Assembly: GCA_964389545.1 (NCBI GenBank)
Contig: CAYMDN010000004.1
Span: 1 to 61,523 of the forward strand
Length of the DNA: 61,523 nucleotides
Reading direction: 5' to 3'
Source: an uncultured Clostridium sp.
GTDB taxonomy: Bacteria; Bacillota; Clostridia; TANB77; CAG-508
Translations under genes and position numbers: made by a program
Notes under the pieces: generated by a model
Told to the model about the DNA's origin: nothing
What the model saw: the letters and a program-made list of their open reading frames with translations, nothing else
Database searches by the model: none
In this document: piece after piece, positions 10,298 to 19,954 of the stretch
Position numbering within the stretch: position 1 is the stretch's first letter
Layout: the number at the start of each line of letters is the position of its first letter

Positions 10298-11557
10298 TTA
10301 TTTAATTTCTCTAGCTTCTAAATAATATCTTTTGTCATAGCTGTGACCCATAGAAAAAGTTTTTCTTGGTAAAGCTCCGTCTACTATAACTGTTTTAAAT
10401 AATTCAGATTTATGCATATTTGGAAGTAAAAATCCTATATTTCCATCCTGTGTTCCTAATTTTTCTGTAACGTCTTCTCCATGAACATAGTCGACCTTCC
10501 CACCATTATTTTTTAGATATTCATCTATAAACATTTGTAGGCTTCCAACAGCTAAATTTGATTTTGGATTTTTGATAACTAATTGACCTTTTGTTCCTTT
10601 ATATACATATTCAATTTTTTGTCCTTCACCTGTTTCTGATGTTTCATAATACTTTTTAAGGTCTGTTATCATATTTTCTGGATTTACACCAAATACAACT
10701 CTATGAATTGGTTCAAAAGTTAATGCATCACTATGTAAATTGACTACTTCAACTAATGCGTATCTTGCTGGATGGTTCTTCCATTGTTCTTTTGGCAATA
10801 CTTTTTTTAAGTTTTCATAGCATGTTTTTGCTGTAGCTAAAGAGTGATTTCCATCTCCAACTGAAAATAATAATACCCCTTTATCTTTAACTTGATATTT
10901 ATTTTCAAATGTTTCTTTATTAGCAAGTTCTCCCAATTTTTCTAATACCCAATTTGCAGTTTCGTCGCTAAGTCTGTATCCTCTTATGGTTCCTCCATTT
11001 TCCATTAACTTAAAATCATATATTTTTTGATTGTTAGCTACCTTACTATTTATTTTTTCTATTATTTCTTGTTTATCATCATCTATTAATAACATTATAT
11101 GTGGTAATTCTAATAATGCGTTCTCTCTAACTTTTACTCTAGGAGGTATTCTTTCTAAAACAGTTCCTTCTGTTGCTCTAATTAGAGTTTGTGAATCTTT
11201 AGCAAAAGAATAATCTTCTAGATCTACTTTTCCAATTAAGCCTTTTCTAACTCTACCGTCTGCTTGTGTTCTTTCAACATAAACTAAACTATCTGTTAAA
11301 GTCTTAAAAAAGTTATTAGAAACTAATTTTTTCATTTCATTATTTACTTTTTCAATTCTTTCTGAAACATTGCTATCTTCTAAATAAATTTCTGGTAATG
11401 TAACTTTAAGTGTTGATGGTGCTTCTCCTACTATTTTTGTAACATCTTCCCAATATTCTGGTTCAGAAGTATATTGATCACATGCAACAACTGACCACTT
11501 TGTCATATCTGATTCTTCTGGTATTAATATGTCTGATTTTAAAAATGGTATTTTCAT
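10298..11557 (-). CDS. DUF1015 family protein
   Basis: WSVVACDQYTS, IRATEGTVLERIPPR, GDGNHSLATAK, LPRKTFSMG. Confidence 0.8.
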   Translation of the reverse strand: MKIPFLKSDILIPEESDMTKWSVVACDQYTSEPEYWEDVTKIVGEAPSTLKVTLPEIYLEDSNVSERIEKVNNEMKKLVSNNFFKTLTDSLVYVERTQADGRVRKGLIGKVDLEDYSFAKDSQTLIRATEGTVLERIPPRVKVRENALLELPHIMLLIDDDKQEIIEKINSKVANNQKIYDFKLMENGGTIRGYRLSDETANWVLEKLGELANKETFENKYQVKDKGVLLFSVGDGNHSLATAKTCYENLKKVLPKEQWKNHPARYALVEVVNLHSDALTFEPIHRVVFGVNPENMITDLKKYYETSETGEGQKIEYVYKGTKGQLVIKNPKSNLAVGSLQMFIDEYLKNNGGKVDYVHGEDVTEKLGTQDGNIGFLLPNMHKSELFKTVIVDGALPRKTFSMGHSYDKRYYLEAREIK

Positions 11558-11684
11558 GTTTTCACGTTCCTTTCTTTTTTTGATGATATGATTTTATCAC
11601 TAAAATATTTTTATGTCTATTGATTTTTATATTTCCTTGAAATATTTATTTTTATTTATGAAATACTAGTTAATGGTGATATTT

Positions 11685-14295
11685 ATGAATAATTCTAAAG
11701 AGAATATCGACATACAAAAAATGTATGGAGACTACTTTTATATATCTAAAGAAGAATTTATAGCAAAATTTAATATCAATACATCTGGATTAACTCAAAA
11801 TGATGCTGATGCCAATATAAAAAAATATGGTTTAAATGAGATTAAAGACATTAGTTATAGAAAATGGTACCATTATCTACTTAAAAGTCTATTTAGTCCA
11901 TTCTCCTGTATTCTATTAGGTATATGTTTTGTTTTATACTATACAGATGTTATTCTATCTTCTGTTCCAAATTATGCAAATATTATTGTTATATTAGTTC
12001 TTGTAACTGTAAGTACATTATTAGAATTCTTTGAAGAATATAGTTCTAATAAAGCTGCTGAAAAATTAAAAGAACTTGTTGCAACAACTGTAACCGTTTT
12101 AAGAAATAATCAAGAAATGCAGGTTCCTGTTAGTTCTATAACTATTGGTGATATTGTTTTACTTTCAGCTGGAAGTATTATACCTGCTGATTTAAGAATA
12201 ATTGAAACAAATGATTTGTTTGTTGGACAATCTTCATTAACTGGAGAATCTGAAAGTGTTAGAAAAGTTGAAAATACATTTTTATCCTCAAATACAATTG
12301 ATGATATTTCTGAAATAGACACAATCGTCTTTATGGGAACTAATGTAATAAGTGGTTCTGCAAAAGGAGTTGTCATTAAAGTGCGGTAATGATACTTTCT
12401 TTGGCAAAATTGCAAAATCTTTTTCAAATGTTCAGAAGCCTAAATCAGCTTTTGAGACTGGTATTTCTAGTATTAGTACTTTACTTATTAAATTTATGAT
12501 TATATTAATACCTGTTGTTTTCTTAGTTAATGTTTGGAAACATGATTCTATTACTGCTTTTACGTTTGCAGTTGCTATTGCAATAGGAATAACGCCTCTT
12601 CTTCTCCCGGTTATTTTGTCTTCAAGTTTATCTCGTGGAGCTATGCGAATGTCTAAGAAAAAAGTTATAGTAAAAAAATTAGATAGTATCCAGAATTTTG
12701 GTTCAATGAACATTCTATGTACAGATAAAACTGGAACATTAACTGAGGACAAAATAGTTCTTGAAAAATATTTAGATGTATATGGCAATTCTAATACTGA
12801 AGTACTGCAATCGGTCTATTTAAATTCATATTTTCAGGAAGGATTAGATAGCAATATAGATATTGCTGTTATTGAACGAGGAAAAGAATTTAATTTTAGT
12901 GAATTTGCCAAAAAGTACATTAAGATTGATGAGATTCCATTTGATTTTGTGAGAAGAAAGTTATCTATAGTAGTCGAAAATGATAATAATACTCATATGA
13001 TAACAAAAGGTGCTGTTGAAGAAATATTGTCAATTTCTAACTTTATAAAAGAACCTTCTGGTGATATTTCCCCTATTACTAAACAAGTTAAAGATAATAT
13101 TAGAAAAATGAGTAAATCATTAAATTCTGATGGCTTTAGAACTCTTGCTATTTGCGCAAAATACAATCTTAATAAAACCACATATTCTATAAAAGATGAA
13201 CATGATATGGTTCTACTCGGTTTTATTGGTTTCTTGGATCCTCCAAAGAAAACTTCTAAAGAAGCAATAAAAAAATTAAATGATGCTGGTGTTAGAGTTA
13301 TTGTTTTAACAGGAGACAATGCAGAAGTTACAAAATATATTTGTAAACAATTAAATTTGAATTCTAATAGAATTATTTTAGGTTCACAAATAGAAAATTC
13401 AACAGATTTCGCTGTAAAACGCTTGTTGAAGAAAACAAATATTTTTGCAAAACTATCTCCAATACAAAAGGCAAGATTGGTTAGGCTCCTAAGAGAATCT
13501 GGAAACACTGTTGGATATATTGGTGATGGGATTAATGATGGTCCATCACTTAATAATTCAGATGTTGGCATATCTGTCGATACAGGAACAGATATTGCGA
13601 GAGAATCAGCTGATATAATTTTATTAGAAAAAGACCTAAATGTCCTTTTAAATGGTGTACAAGAAGGTAGAAAGACATTTACTAATTTAATGAAATATAT
13701 AAAAATGGCAACTAGCTTTAATTTTGGAGAAGTTTTTTCTGTAATCATAGCAAGTATTCTACTCCCTTTCTTACCTATCACTCCTATTCAGCTTTTAGTA
13801 CAAAGTTTATTGTATGATTTTGGACAATTAACATTACCTTATGACAATGTTGATAATGAATATTTGGATAAGCCTCAAGTATGGAGTATGAAGAGTTTAA
13901 AGCAATTTATGTTATTTATGGGTCCTTTAAGTTCTATGTTTGATATGATTGTCTTTGCGTCTATATGGTTTATCTTTGGAATTCGTGAAGCTTCCATATT
14001 CCAAACCATTTGGTTTTCTTATGGAGTTGTTTCAAACTTAGTTGGAATGCATATTATCAGGACACCTAAATTACCATTTATTAAAAGCAATGCCTCTAAA
14101 ATGGTTTACTACTCCTCTATTGCTCTTAGCATTATTGCAATTGTTGTACCTTTTAGTTTTATTGGCAAAATAATTGGTCTTGTTCCTCTAAAATTAAAAT
14201 ATTTAGCAATCATAATAGGCGTTCCTCTTCTTTATTGTGTTGTTGCACTATTTGCGAAGAAAAAATATATAGACAAATACAATGAATGGATTTAA
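11685..14295 (+). CDS. mgtA: Magnesium-translocating P-type ATPase, 869 aa if joined by a +1 shift at CGG 12384-12386
   Basis: IPADLR and LTGES in the first ORF; DKTGTLT, PFDFVRRK, FLDPPK, TGDN and GDGINDGP in the second; the junction restores GVVIKV-G-NDTFFGKIA. Confidence 0.92.
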
Positions 14296-14319
14296 TTACT
14301 CGCATTTTAGTGATAAATA

Positions 14320-14328
14320 TGTTATAAT
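14320..14328 (+). promoter_or_regulatory. Extended -10 promoter element (TGnTATAAT) for the antitoxin-fic operon
   Basis: tgttataat about 30 nt upstream of the TTG start at 14358. Confidence 0.5.
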
Positions 14329-14357
14329 AGATATAGATATTATTTGGAGGGATAACC

Positions 14358-14522
14358 TTGTTAGAAGAAAATTTTAAATTTGAACTAGAAAATCTAAAGA
14401 AAGACTTTGAAATTGAAAGCATACACATAACAAATGATGATGTATATTTATTAAGAAGATATGCGAATAAGGAAATTACATTTAACGAATTAGTAGATAT
14501 AGTAAAACAATCTAATCTATAA
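14358..14522 (+). CDS. Small VbhA-like antitoxin (54 aa, not in the ORF track)
   Basis: GGAGG RBS, TTG start; DFEIES resembles the (S/T)xxxE(G/N) inhibitory motif; lies directly upstream of fic. Confidence 0.65.
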   Translation: MLEENFKFELENLKKDFEIESIHITNDDVYLLRRYANKEITFNELVDIVKQSNL

Positions 14523-14533
14523 GGAGAACGAAT

Positions 14534-15133
14534 ATGGTAGATGATTTATATGAAGCAAGAAATTCTATATATTGTTATAAAGGTACTAATGTTCTAATAA
14601 ACAACTTTAATGTTACCGATGCAGATAAATTATCCAATATTGAAAGGCCTTTAGTATTAGCAAAATTGTTTGATTTAAGGCAAAACAATGATATTGGTAA
14701 TTTCGATTTAGAACACTTTTTAAAAATACATGAGTATCTATTTAGTGCTATTTACCCTTTTGCAGGTTCTATACGAACAGAAAATATTGCAAAAGATAAT
14801 TTTAGATTTGCAGAATGGGAATTTATTGAAGGTGAACTTAATAGAATTTTAAACCAATTAAAGGAAGAAAATTATTTGAATGGTTTAAATAAACAAGATT
14901 TGGCAAATAGGTTGTCTTATTACATGGCTGAACTAAATGTCCTACACCCTTTCAGAGATGGTAATGGAAGAACTATTAGAGAATTTTGTAGACAGTTAGC
15001 TTATAAAAACGGATTTATATTAAACTTATCAAAAATAGATGCAAAAGAAATGTTTGATGCAAGTGTACAATCGGTTATAGATCCATCTTATTTAGAAAAA
15101 TTATTATTAATATGTTTAGAAGAGCTTGATTAG
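14534..15133 (+). CDS. Fic-domain protein
   Basis: HPFRDGNGRTIR signature; YCYKGTNVLIN N-terminus. Confidence 0.93.
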   Translation: MVDDLYEARNSIYCYKGTNVLINNFNVTDADKLSNIERPLVLAKLFDLRQNNDIGNFDLEHFLKIHEYLFSAIYPFAGSIRTENIAKDNFRFAEWEFIEGELNRILNQLKEENYLNGLNKQDLANRLSYYMAELNVLHPFRDGNGRTIREFCRQLAYKNGFILNLSKIDAKEMFDASVQSVIDPSYLEKLLLICLEELD

Positions 15134-15144
15134 AGCTCTTCTTT

Positions 15145-15899
15145 TTATGTTCTCTTTCTTTTTTGATTATGATATACCACTTCACTTGTTAATGTATTTG
15201 GTGATATCTTGCTCAAAATATGCATTATTTTTGTCATGGTGCCAGGAATTATTAATATTTTCCCTTTCAATGTCTTTTTTATTGTATATTTGGCAACATA
15301 TTCGCTACTAAGTGGTTTTAAACTAAAATGTACTCCTGCAACTTCATTAAATTCTGTTGCAACTGGTCCTGGGCATAATACACTAACTCTTACTTTTGAT
15401 TTATCCTTTTTTAACTCTTTATTTATTGCTTCTGTTAATCTAAGTACATATGACTTTGATGCATAATATGCTGCCATTAATGGACCTGGTGAATATGCAG
15501 CAATTGAAGCAACATTTAATATTGTTCCTCTATTTCTTTTTTTCATATCTTTAAGAAATAATTTTGTCAGTACGTCAACTGCAGTTATATTTGTGTTAAT
15601 TAATTTAACTTCTTTTTCTAAATCTACCTCATCAAATCTACCAAATATGCCGAAATCCAGCATTATTTATTAATAAATCTATATTCTCATCTTTTACTTT
15701 CTCGTGTAGTTCGATGCAGTTTTTATATTCACTCAAATCCATAGAAATCACTTCTACGTTGGTTTTTAGTTCATTTTTAAGACTTATTAATCTATCCTCT
15801 CTTTGAGCCACTATAATTAGTTCGTATCCTAACTTACTTAAATATCTTGCCATATCACGTCCAATTCCTGATGATGCACCGTGTAACTAACGCTTTCAT
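15145..15899 (-). CDS. Short-chain dehydrogenase/reductase, 250 aa if joined by two +1 shifts at CGG 15881-15879 and 15652-15650
   Basis: AGGAGG RBS, ATG 15899; reconstructed MKALVT-G-ASSGIG..NNAGF-G-IFG..NVASIA..YYASK has all SDR motifs. Confidence 0.9.
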
Positions 15900-15976
15900 A
15901 TGCTATAACCTCCTATTATTTATATTATTGAACAATTTTACTGAAATAATTATATCATAAATCATAATAAGTACAA

Positions 15977-16010
15977 TAAAAAGGTTACTATTTTACTAGT
16001 AACCTTTTTT
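15977..16010 (-). terminator. Intrinsic terminator
   Basis: aaaaaggttacta-tttt-actagtaacctttttt. Confidence 0.7.
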
Positions 16011-16023
16011 ATTATTTTATTTA

Positions 16024-17472
16024 TTAATCTCTTTCTGCTTCGTCTTCTTCATGTTCTTCTTGTTCTGCTGCTTCACGTGCTGCATCTTCTTGTTCTAATT
16101 CAGTAACAGCTTGTGCCATTTTTTCATCCATTGCTTGGTCTAACATTTCTCTAACTACTTCGAATTTTAAGCTATCTTTGAATTGACTTGGAGCTTCTTC
16201 TCTATCAGAACCTTCTCCATGTTCTCCTTCAGCTGGTGCTCCTTCTTCGTGTCCTTCAAATATTCCAGCTTCTTCTAATCTTTTTTGTTTTCTTCTTTCG
16301 AAGAATAATTTTGCTCTTTTTATTAATTGCCACCATTTTGGTTTGCTTCCTGGATCTCCTCCTGCACCTTCGTCATCTCCTCTTTCAGGAGATTCCTCTT
16401 CTTTTATATGTGCTGCTGCTCTTGTTAATTTAGCGTCTTTTTCAACACCTGCTATTTGTTGATTTAATGTTTCAGCAACATTTATCATATCACCTTTTTT
16501 AGTTTTGCTATGAACAATTTCACCATTTATTATATCATCAATATCTTGTGCTGTTATTTGTGGATTTTTTGACTGCATAAAGCTTACTAATGATGTTTTT
16601 TTAGATGAAATTTCTTGTTTCTTAGTCTCTAATTCTGTTCTTTCTGCTGGTGTTGGTACATCTTTTGGATCTGTTGGAACTTTTGCTTGAGCTTCTGCTC
16701 TTTCTTTATTTAATGCATTTAGTTGTTTTGTTCCTGATTCTTTTGATCCCCCAATTTGATCATAATGTTTTTTAATATCAGCTTTTAGCAATCTTTGTTT
16801 GTTTGGATCTGTTTCAGATGCTAATAAACTTTCTAAATTTCCTGCCTCATCAATATGATATTGAATTTCAGTTGCTCTTTTATCAATATTTTCAACTCTT
16901 TTAGCTGCTTTATCATATTTAGAAATTTTTTCTTCTAATGCTTTTACTTCTTCTGAAGCTTTAATAATTCCAGCAAGTTGTTTTTCTTGGTTAGGATTAT
17001 CTTTTAATATATCTCTAACTGATTCTAATTTCTCTTTTTTCTCATCTAGTTTTGTTAGTTTTTCTTCAGCATCTTTTGCTTTTCTTTCTGTTCTAACTTT
17101 AACTAATGAATCGATATATTCTTTCATTCCTGGAATTTCTTTTAATTCTTCTAATTTTTCATTTACCATTTTTTGACGGTTTTCTAAAATTGCTTTTATA
17201 TCAATTAGTTCATCTTGTACTTTTTTTAATTCCTCTTTTTTAGGTTTAATTATAGTATTTTTTATATTGTCAGCTTCTGCTTTTTTACCTTTTTTTTCTA
17301 GGTTTTTAGCTTGTCTTGTTGCATTTTCAATTGCATTTGTAAGTTTTGTTATTTGGTCTTGTTTTGTTTGAAGTTCTGCTTTTTTTCCTTCTAATACTTG
17401 TTTTGCTCTAAGGTAAGCCTCATTACCTTTTTTTAATTTTTTCTCAATTTCGTTTTCGTTTGGTTCGCTCAT
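16024..17472 (-). CDS. Hypothetical charged coiled-coil protein
   Basis: 482-aa K/E-rich ORF with AAAGGGG RBS; acidic tail with a KPKWWQLIKR motif. Confidence 0.75.
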   Translation of the reverse strand: MSEPNENEIEKKLKKGNEAYLRAKQVLEGKKAELQTKQDQITKLTNAIENATRQAKNLEKKGKKAEADNIKNTIIKPKKEELKKVQDELIDIKAILENRQKMVNEKLEELKEIPGMKEYIDSLVKVRTERKAKDAEEKLTKLDEKKEKLESVRDILKDNPNQEKQLAGIIKASEEVKALEEKISKYDKAAKRVENIDKRATEIQYHIDEAGNLESLLASETDPNKQRLLKADIKKHYDQIGGSKESGTKQLNALNKERAEAQAKVPTDPKDVPTPAERTELETKKQEISSKKTSLVSFMQSKNPQITAQDIDDIINGEIVHSKTKKGDMINVAETLNQQIAGVEKDAKLTRAAAHIKEEESPERGDDEGAGGDPGSKPKWWQLIKRAKLFFERRKQKRLEEAGIFEGHEEGAPAEGEHGEGSDREEAPSQFKDSLKFEVVREMLDQAMDEKMAQAVTELEQEDAAREAAEQEEHEEDEAERD

Positions 17473-17506
17473 TTTTTACCCCTTTCTAATTTAAAAAAAT
17501 TTTTAA

Positions 17507-17653
17507 TTAGCTATTTAGTACTCTATCACATTCTGCTATCATTGCATCTGTTTGTGATATTAAGTCATCAATTTCTACCTTTATTTCTACTAGTTCCTCA
17601 ACTGATAAACCAGCTAAGTCTTCTTGTGATATGTCTAATTTTTCATTTTCCAT
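17507..17653 (-). CDS. Small acidic helical protein (48 aa, not in the ORF track)
   Basis: AGGAGG RBS; MENEKLDISQEDLAGLSVEELVEIKVEIDDLISQTDAMIAECDRVLNS. Confidence 0.7.
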   Translation of the reverse strand: MENEKLDISQEDLAGLSVEELVEIKVEIDDLISQTDAMIAECDRVLNS

Positions 17654-17782
17654 AATTTACCTCCTAATTTTTCTCATAAGTTCAACTATTATCATTTTAG
17701 CACATATTAAAGTAAAATGCAAATATTTCAAGTATTTTTTTAACTTTTTTGACATTTTATGTTAATTTTTGTTGTTTCTTTA

Positions 17783-17810
17783 TTGATTTTACATAAAATT
17801 ATGATATAAT
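17783..17810 (+). promoter_or_regulatory. SigmaA-like promoter
   Basis: TTGATT, 16-nt spacer ending in TGn, TATAAT. Confidence 0.55.
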
Positions 17811-17990
17811 GCATTCATGCTTTTTTGCTAAATTTTCATTATATTAAATGAAAATGTGTAAAAATGCAAATACGTTTTGATTCAGACTTGCTCTGTTTCA
17901 AGGAAGGAGTGTTGTTAAGAACAAATTTAGTAATGGTAAAAAATAAATAGAAAAGGATGTGATTATCTAGGCTACAAATTTTGGAAGTAT

Positions 17991-18028
17991 AGGCAATTTG
18001 GAAGTTGCCCTAGAGGGTGACTTTTTTT
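17991..18028 (+). promoter_or_regulatory. Terminator-like hairpin with an overlapping alternative stem just before the RBS (possible attenuator)
   Basis: aagttgccct/agggtgactt followed by a T run; ggcaatt upstream can pair with the same agttgcc. Confidence 0.45.
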
Positions 18029-18044
18029 AGAAAGGTTGTTTTTA

Positions 18045-19196
18045 ATGAGCGAAAATAATTCTTCGGACAATGGAAGACTTGTCATCTATGACCTAATTGA
18101 CTTTCAGCGGAGAGTCACCTTTGTGGATAGCGAAGTCCGTAAAACAATTTCACACTTTGTTTCCACTCTTTTTGACATTTCGGCATATTCGTACGATCCC
18201 GTTTCGGAGATGTTAAAGTTTCTGTATGGCGCCAGTGTCGAGCTGTCTATCCAGTATGATCCTACAATCAACCCTGTGACGGTTTACGCCGGCGATGTCG
18301 TTGTCTGTAACTTTGGCAAGCATGTTGATGGCGAGGTTTCTGGTCATCATGTCAACGCACTGGTGTGCGATGTCTGTGATAACGGATTGGTTTACCTTAT
18401 CCCCATCACAAAGCAGCTCATCACTGGTGATGTTCGGCGATATATGCCCATCGTTGCCAATCGTGATGTATTCTACAACGCCGACACCCACTACAAGAGC
18501 GGAACACTTTTGCTCCAAATGGGCAAATACTTTCGTGTTGAGCGAATTCGCAAAGTCGTTGGTACAGTACCACCGGAATTTTACACTGATGTGGTTCATC
18601 GCCTGCATAAGGCTTTGGATTTTCTGAATGAGTTTCCCGAGATTGAGAATCCCGCAACTTTCCCTGAGGAAGAACTTCACCCAACACCCGTTCTGGAATC
18701 GCCTGTTCAAGAAGACCTCTCGTTGGGGGCTCAAATGTCTTCCAATGGTTCGTCTCCCGGCACAGAGCATGAAGCTCCTCCAGTGCCTCCCAAAAATGTC
18801 GCCAAAAAAAAGGCGTCTTCTTCGACAAGAAAACCGAGCTATGAGACGTTTCTCACCAACTATCTCAAGTCTCAACTGGACTATGTTGACAACAGCTCTC
18901 CAGCCCTTCAAACTGCAAAAGATTTTTTGGAGCTGATCCATTTTAAGGATGAGCTTGGCCTTATCGAGGACGCCCTTGCTGGAGCTTGTCAGCTCAATCG
19001 CATCACTTATCAATCTGTGGTAAAGTATCTGCGGTCTCTCTATCCTCTCACCGAAACGCACATCAAAGAAGTCATCGTTGACTATTACAGGAGCTGGCTT
19101 GAGAACAACCCCCAGATTACTGAGCAGTATCCGAACACCTCCATCACCACGTTGCTGACCGTGTTTGCCAAGAAATACAACGGCATCAGCAAATAG
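18045..19196 (+). CDS. GC-rich hypothetical protein with a PemK/MazF-like domain
   Basis: GDVVVCNFGKHVDGEVSGHHVNALV..VYLIPITK resembles the PemK fold; GC far above the flanks; GAAAGG RBS. Confidence 0.6.
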   Translation: MSENNSSDNGRLVIYDLIDFQRRVTFVDSEVRKTISHFVSTLFDISAYSYDPVSEMLKFLYGASVELSIQYDPTINPVTVYAGDVVVCNFGKHVDGEVSGHHVNALVCDVCDNGLVYLIPITKQLITGDVRRYMPIVANRDVFYNADTHYKSGTLLLQMGKYFRVERIRKVVGTVPPEFYTDVVHRLHKALDFLNEFPEIENPATFPEEELHPTPVLESPVQEDLSLGAQMSSNGSSPGTEHEAPPVPPKNVAKKKASSSTRKPSYETFLTNYLKSQLDYVDNSSPALQTAKDFLELIHFKDELGLIEDALAGACQLNRITYQSVVKYLRSLYPLTETHIKEVIVDYYRSWLENNPQITEQYPNTSITTLLTVFAKKYNGISK

Positions 19197-19298
19197 TATA
19201 TGTGTTCAAAATACTGTAACAAACCTTTGCATCAAGAAGTATAATAACACAAACCACAAAACTAACTAAACTTAGCAAAATACCCTTAAAATATTTGC

Positions 19299-19333
19299 AA
19301 CCCCTGTAGTGACAATGTCACTGCAGGGGTTTT
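19299..19333 (+). terminator. Intrinsic terminator
   Basis: aacccctgtagtgac-aat-gtcactgcaggggtttt. Confidence 0.8.
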
Positions 19334-19414
19334 CCTATTACTTACATTTTTATATGTATATTTATTTTCTTAATATTGGTTCATTTATTGTTCATATTTT
19401 ATAATCTCATACTT

Positions 19415-19439
19415 AAGGGAGCGCTGTCGCTCCCTTTTT
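19415..19439. terminator. Terminator hairpin downstream of the cotJC 3' half
   Basis: aagggagcg-ctgt-cgctcccttttt. Confidence 0.7.
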
Positions 19440-19462
19440 ACAATTTATATTTTATCTAAATT

Positions 19463-19855
19463 TTAGCGTGTTGTAAATTGTCTTCTTTGAGATAGTTTTT
19501 CATGCACGCTGTTTAGCGCTTCTCCAAATCTTTGAAAGTGTACAATTTCTCTTTGTCTTAAAAATCTTAATGGGTCTATTACGTCTGGATCATCTTTACA
19601 TAGGTCGATTAGTTTTTCGTAAGTTGCTCGTGCTTTTTGTTCTGCAGCAAGGTCTTCTTGTAAATTAGCTATTGGATCTCCTTTACATGCAATATATGCC
19701 GCTGTAAATGGAGTACCTCCTGCTGATTGTGGATATACGTCTACACCTCTATCTGTATAATATGCTCCTAATCCCGCTTTTTCTAATTCTGCTGCACTCA
19801 CTCCTTTTGTTAATTGGTGAACTATAGTTCCAACCATTTCTAAGTGAGCTAACTC
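19463..19855 (-). CDS. cotJC: cotJC 3' half (Mn-catalase-like spore coat protein), separated from its 5' half by a 27 kb element
   Basis: Reads ELAHLEMVGTIVHQL..EDLAAEQKARATYE..REIVHFQRFGEAL; no RBS of its own. Confidence 0.92.
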   Translation of the reverse strand, partial: ELAHLEMVGTIVHQLTKGVSAAELEKAGLGAYYTDRGVDVYPQSAGGTPFTAAYIACKGDPIANLQEDLAAEQKARATYEKLIDLCKDDPDVIDPLRFLRQREIVHFQRFGEALNSVHEKLSQRRQFTTR

Positions 19856-19954
19856 GTATGTTCCATATTGTTATCATTTAAAATTATTGCCACTAGCTTT
19901 CTTCTTTGGCAATTTTATACATATTATTTGATTGTCTTTTATAATATTGTACTC

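Noticed and set aside
4036-12384. CGG is codon 234 in both ytvI and mgtA (from ATG 11685)
   Set aside because: The other sites are at codons 7, 9 and 83, so this is coincidence
12993-13781. Long antisense ORFs over mgtA, the recombinase, pyk, smc and the giant gene
   Set aside because: Shadow frames of strongly biased coding sequence with F/S/I/L-rich composition
14641-14680. AGG as a second shifty codon
   Set aside because: In-frame AGG occurs in intact frames, for example GAA AGG CCT and TTA AGG CAA in fic, with no break
3643-15899. Calling ytvI, mgtA and the SDR ordinary pseudogenes
   Set aside because: Every lesion is the same in-frame CGG, with all catalytic motifs, RBSs and lengths otherwise intact. 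A read-level artefact is not excluded.
18213-19061. 282-aa antisense ORF and other overlapping ORFs in the GC-rich gene
   Set aside because: Expected from higher GC; no RBS or recognisable motif, whereas the plus-strand ORF has promoter, RBS and terminator
19463-19837. Treating the cotJC 3' ORF as a standalone gene starting at MVGT
   Set aside because: No RBS; homology continues upstream to ELAHLE and stops exactly at the att core
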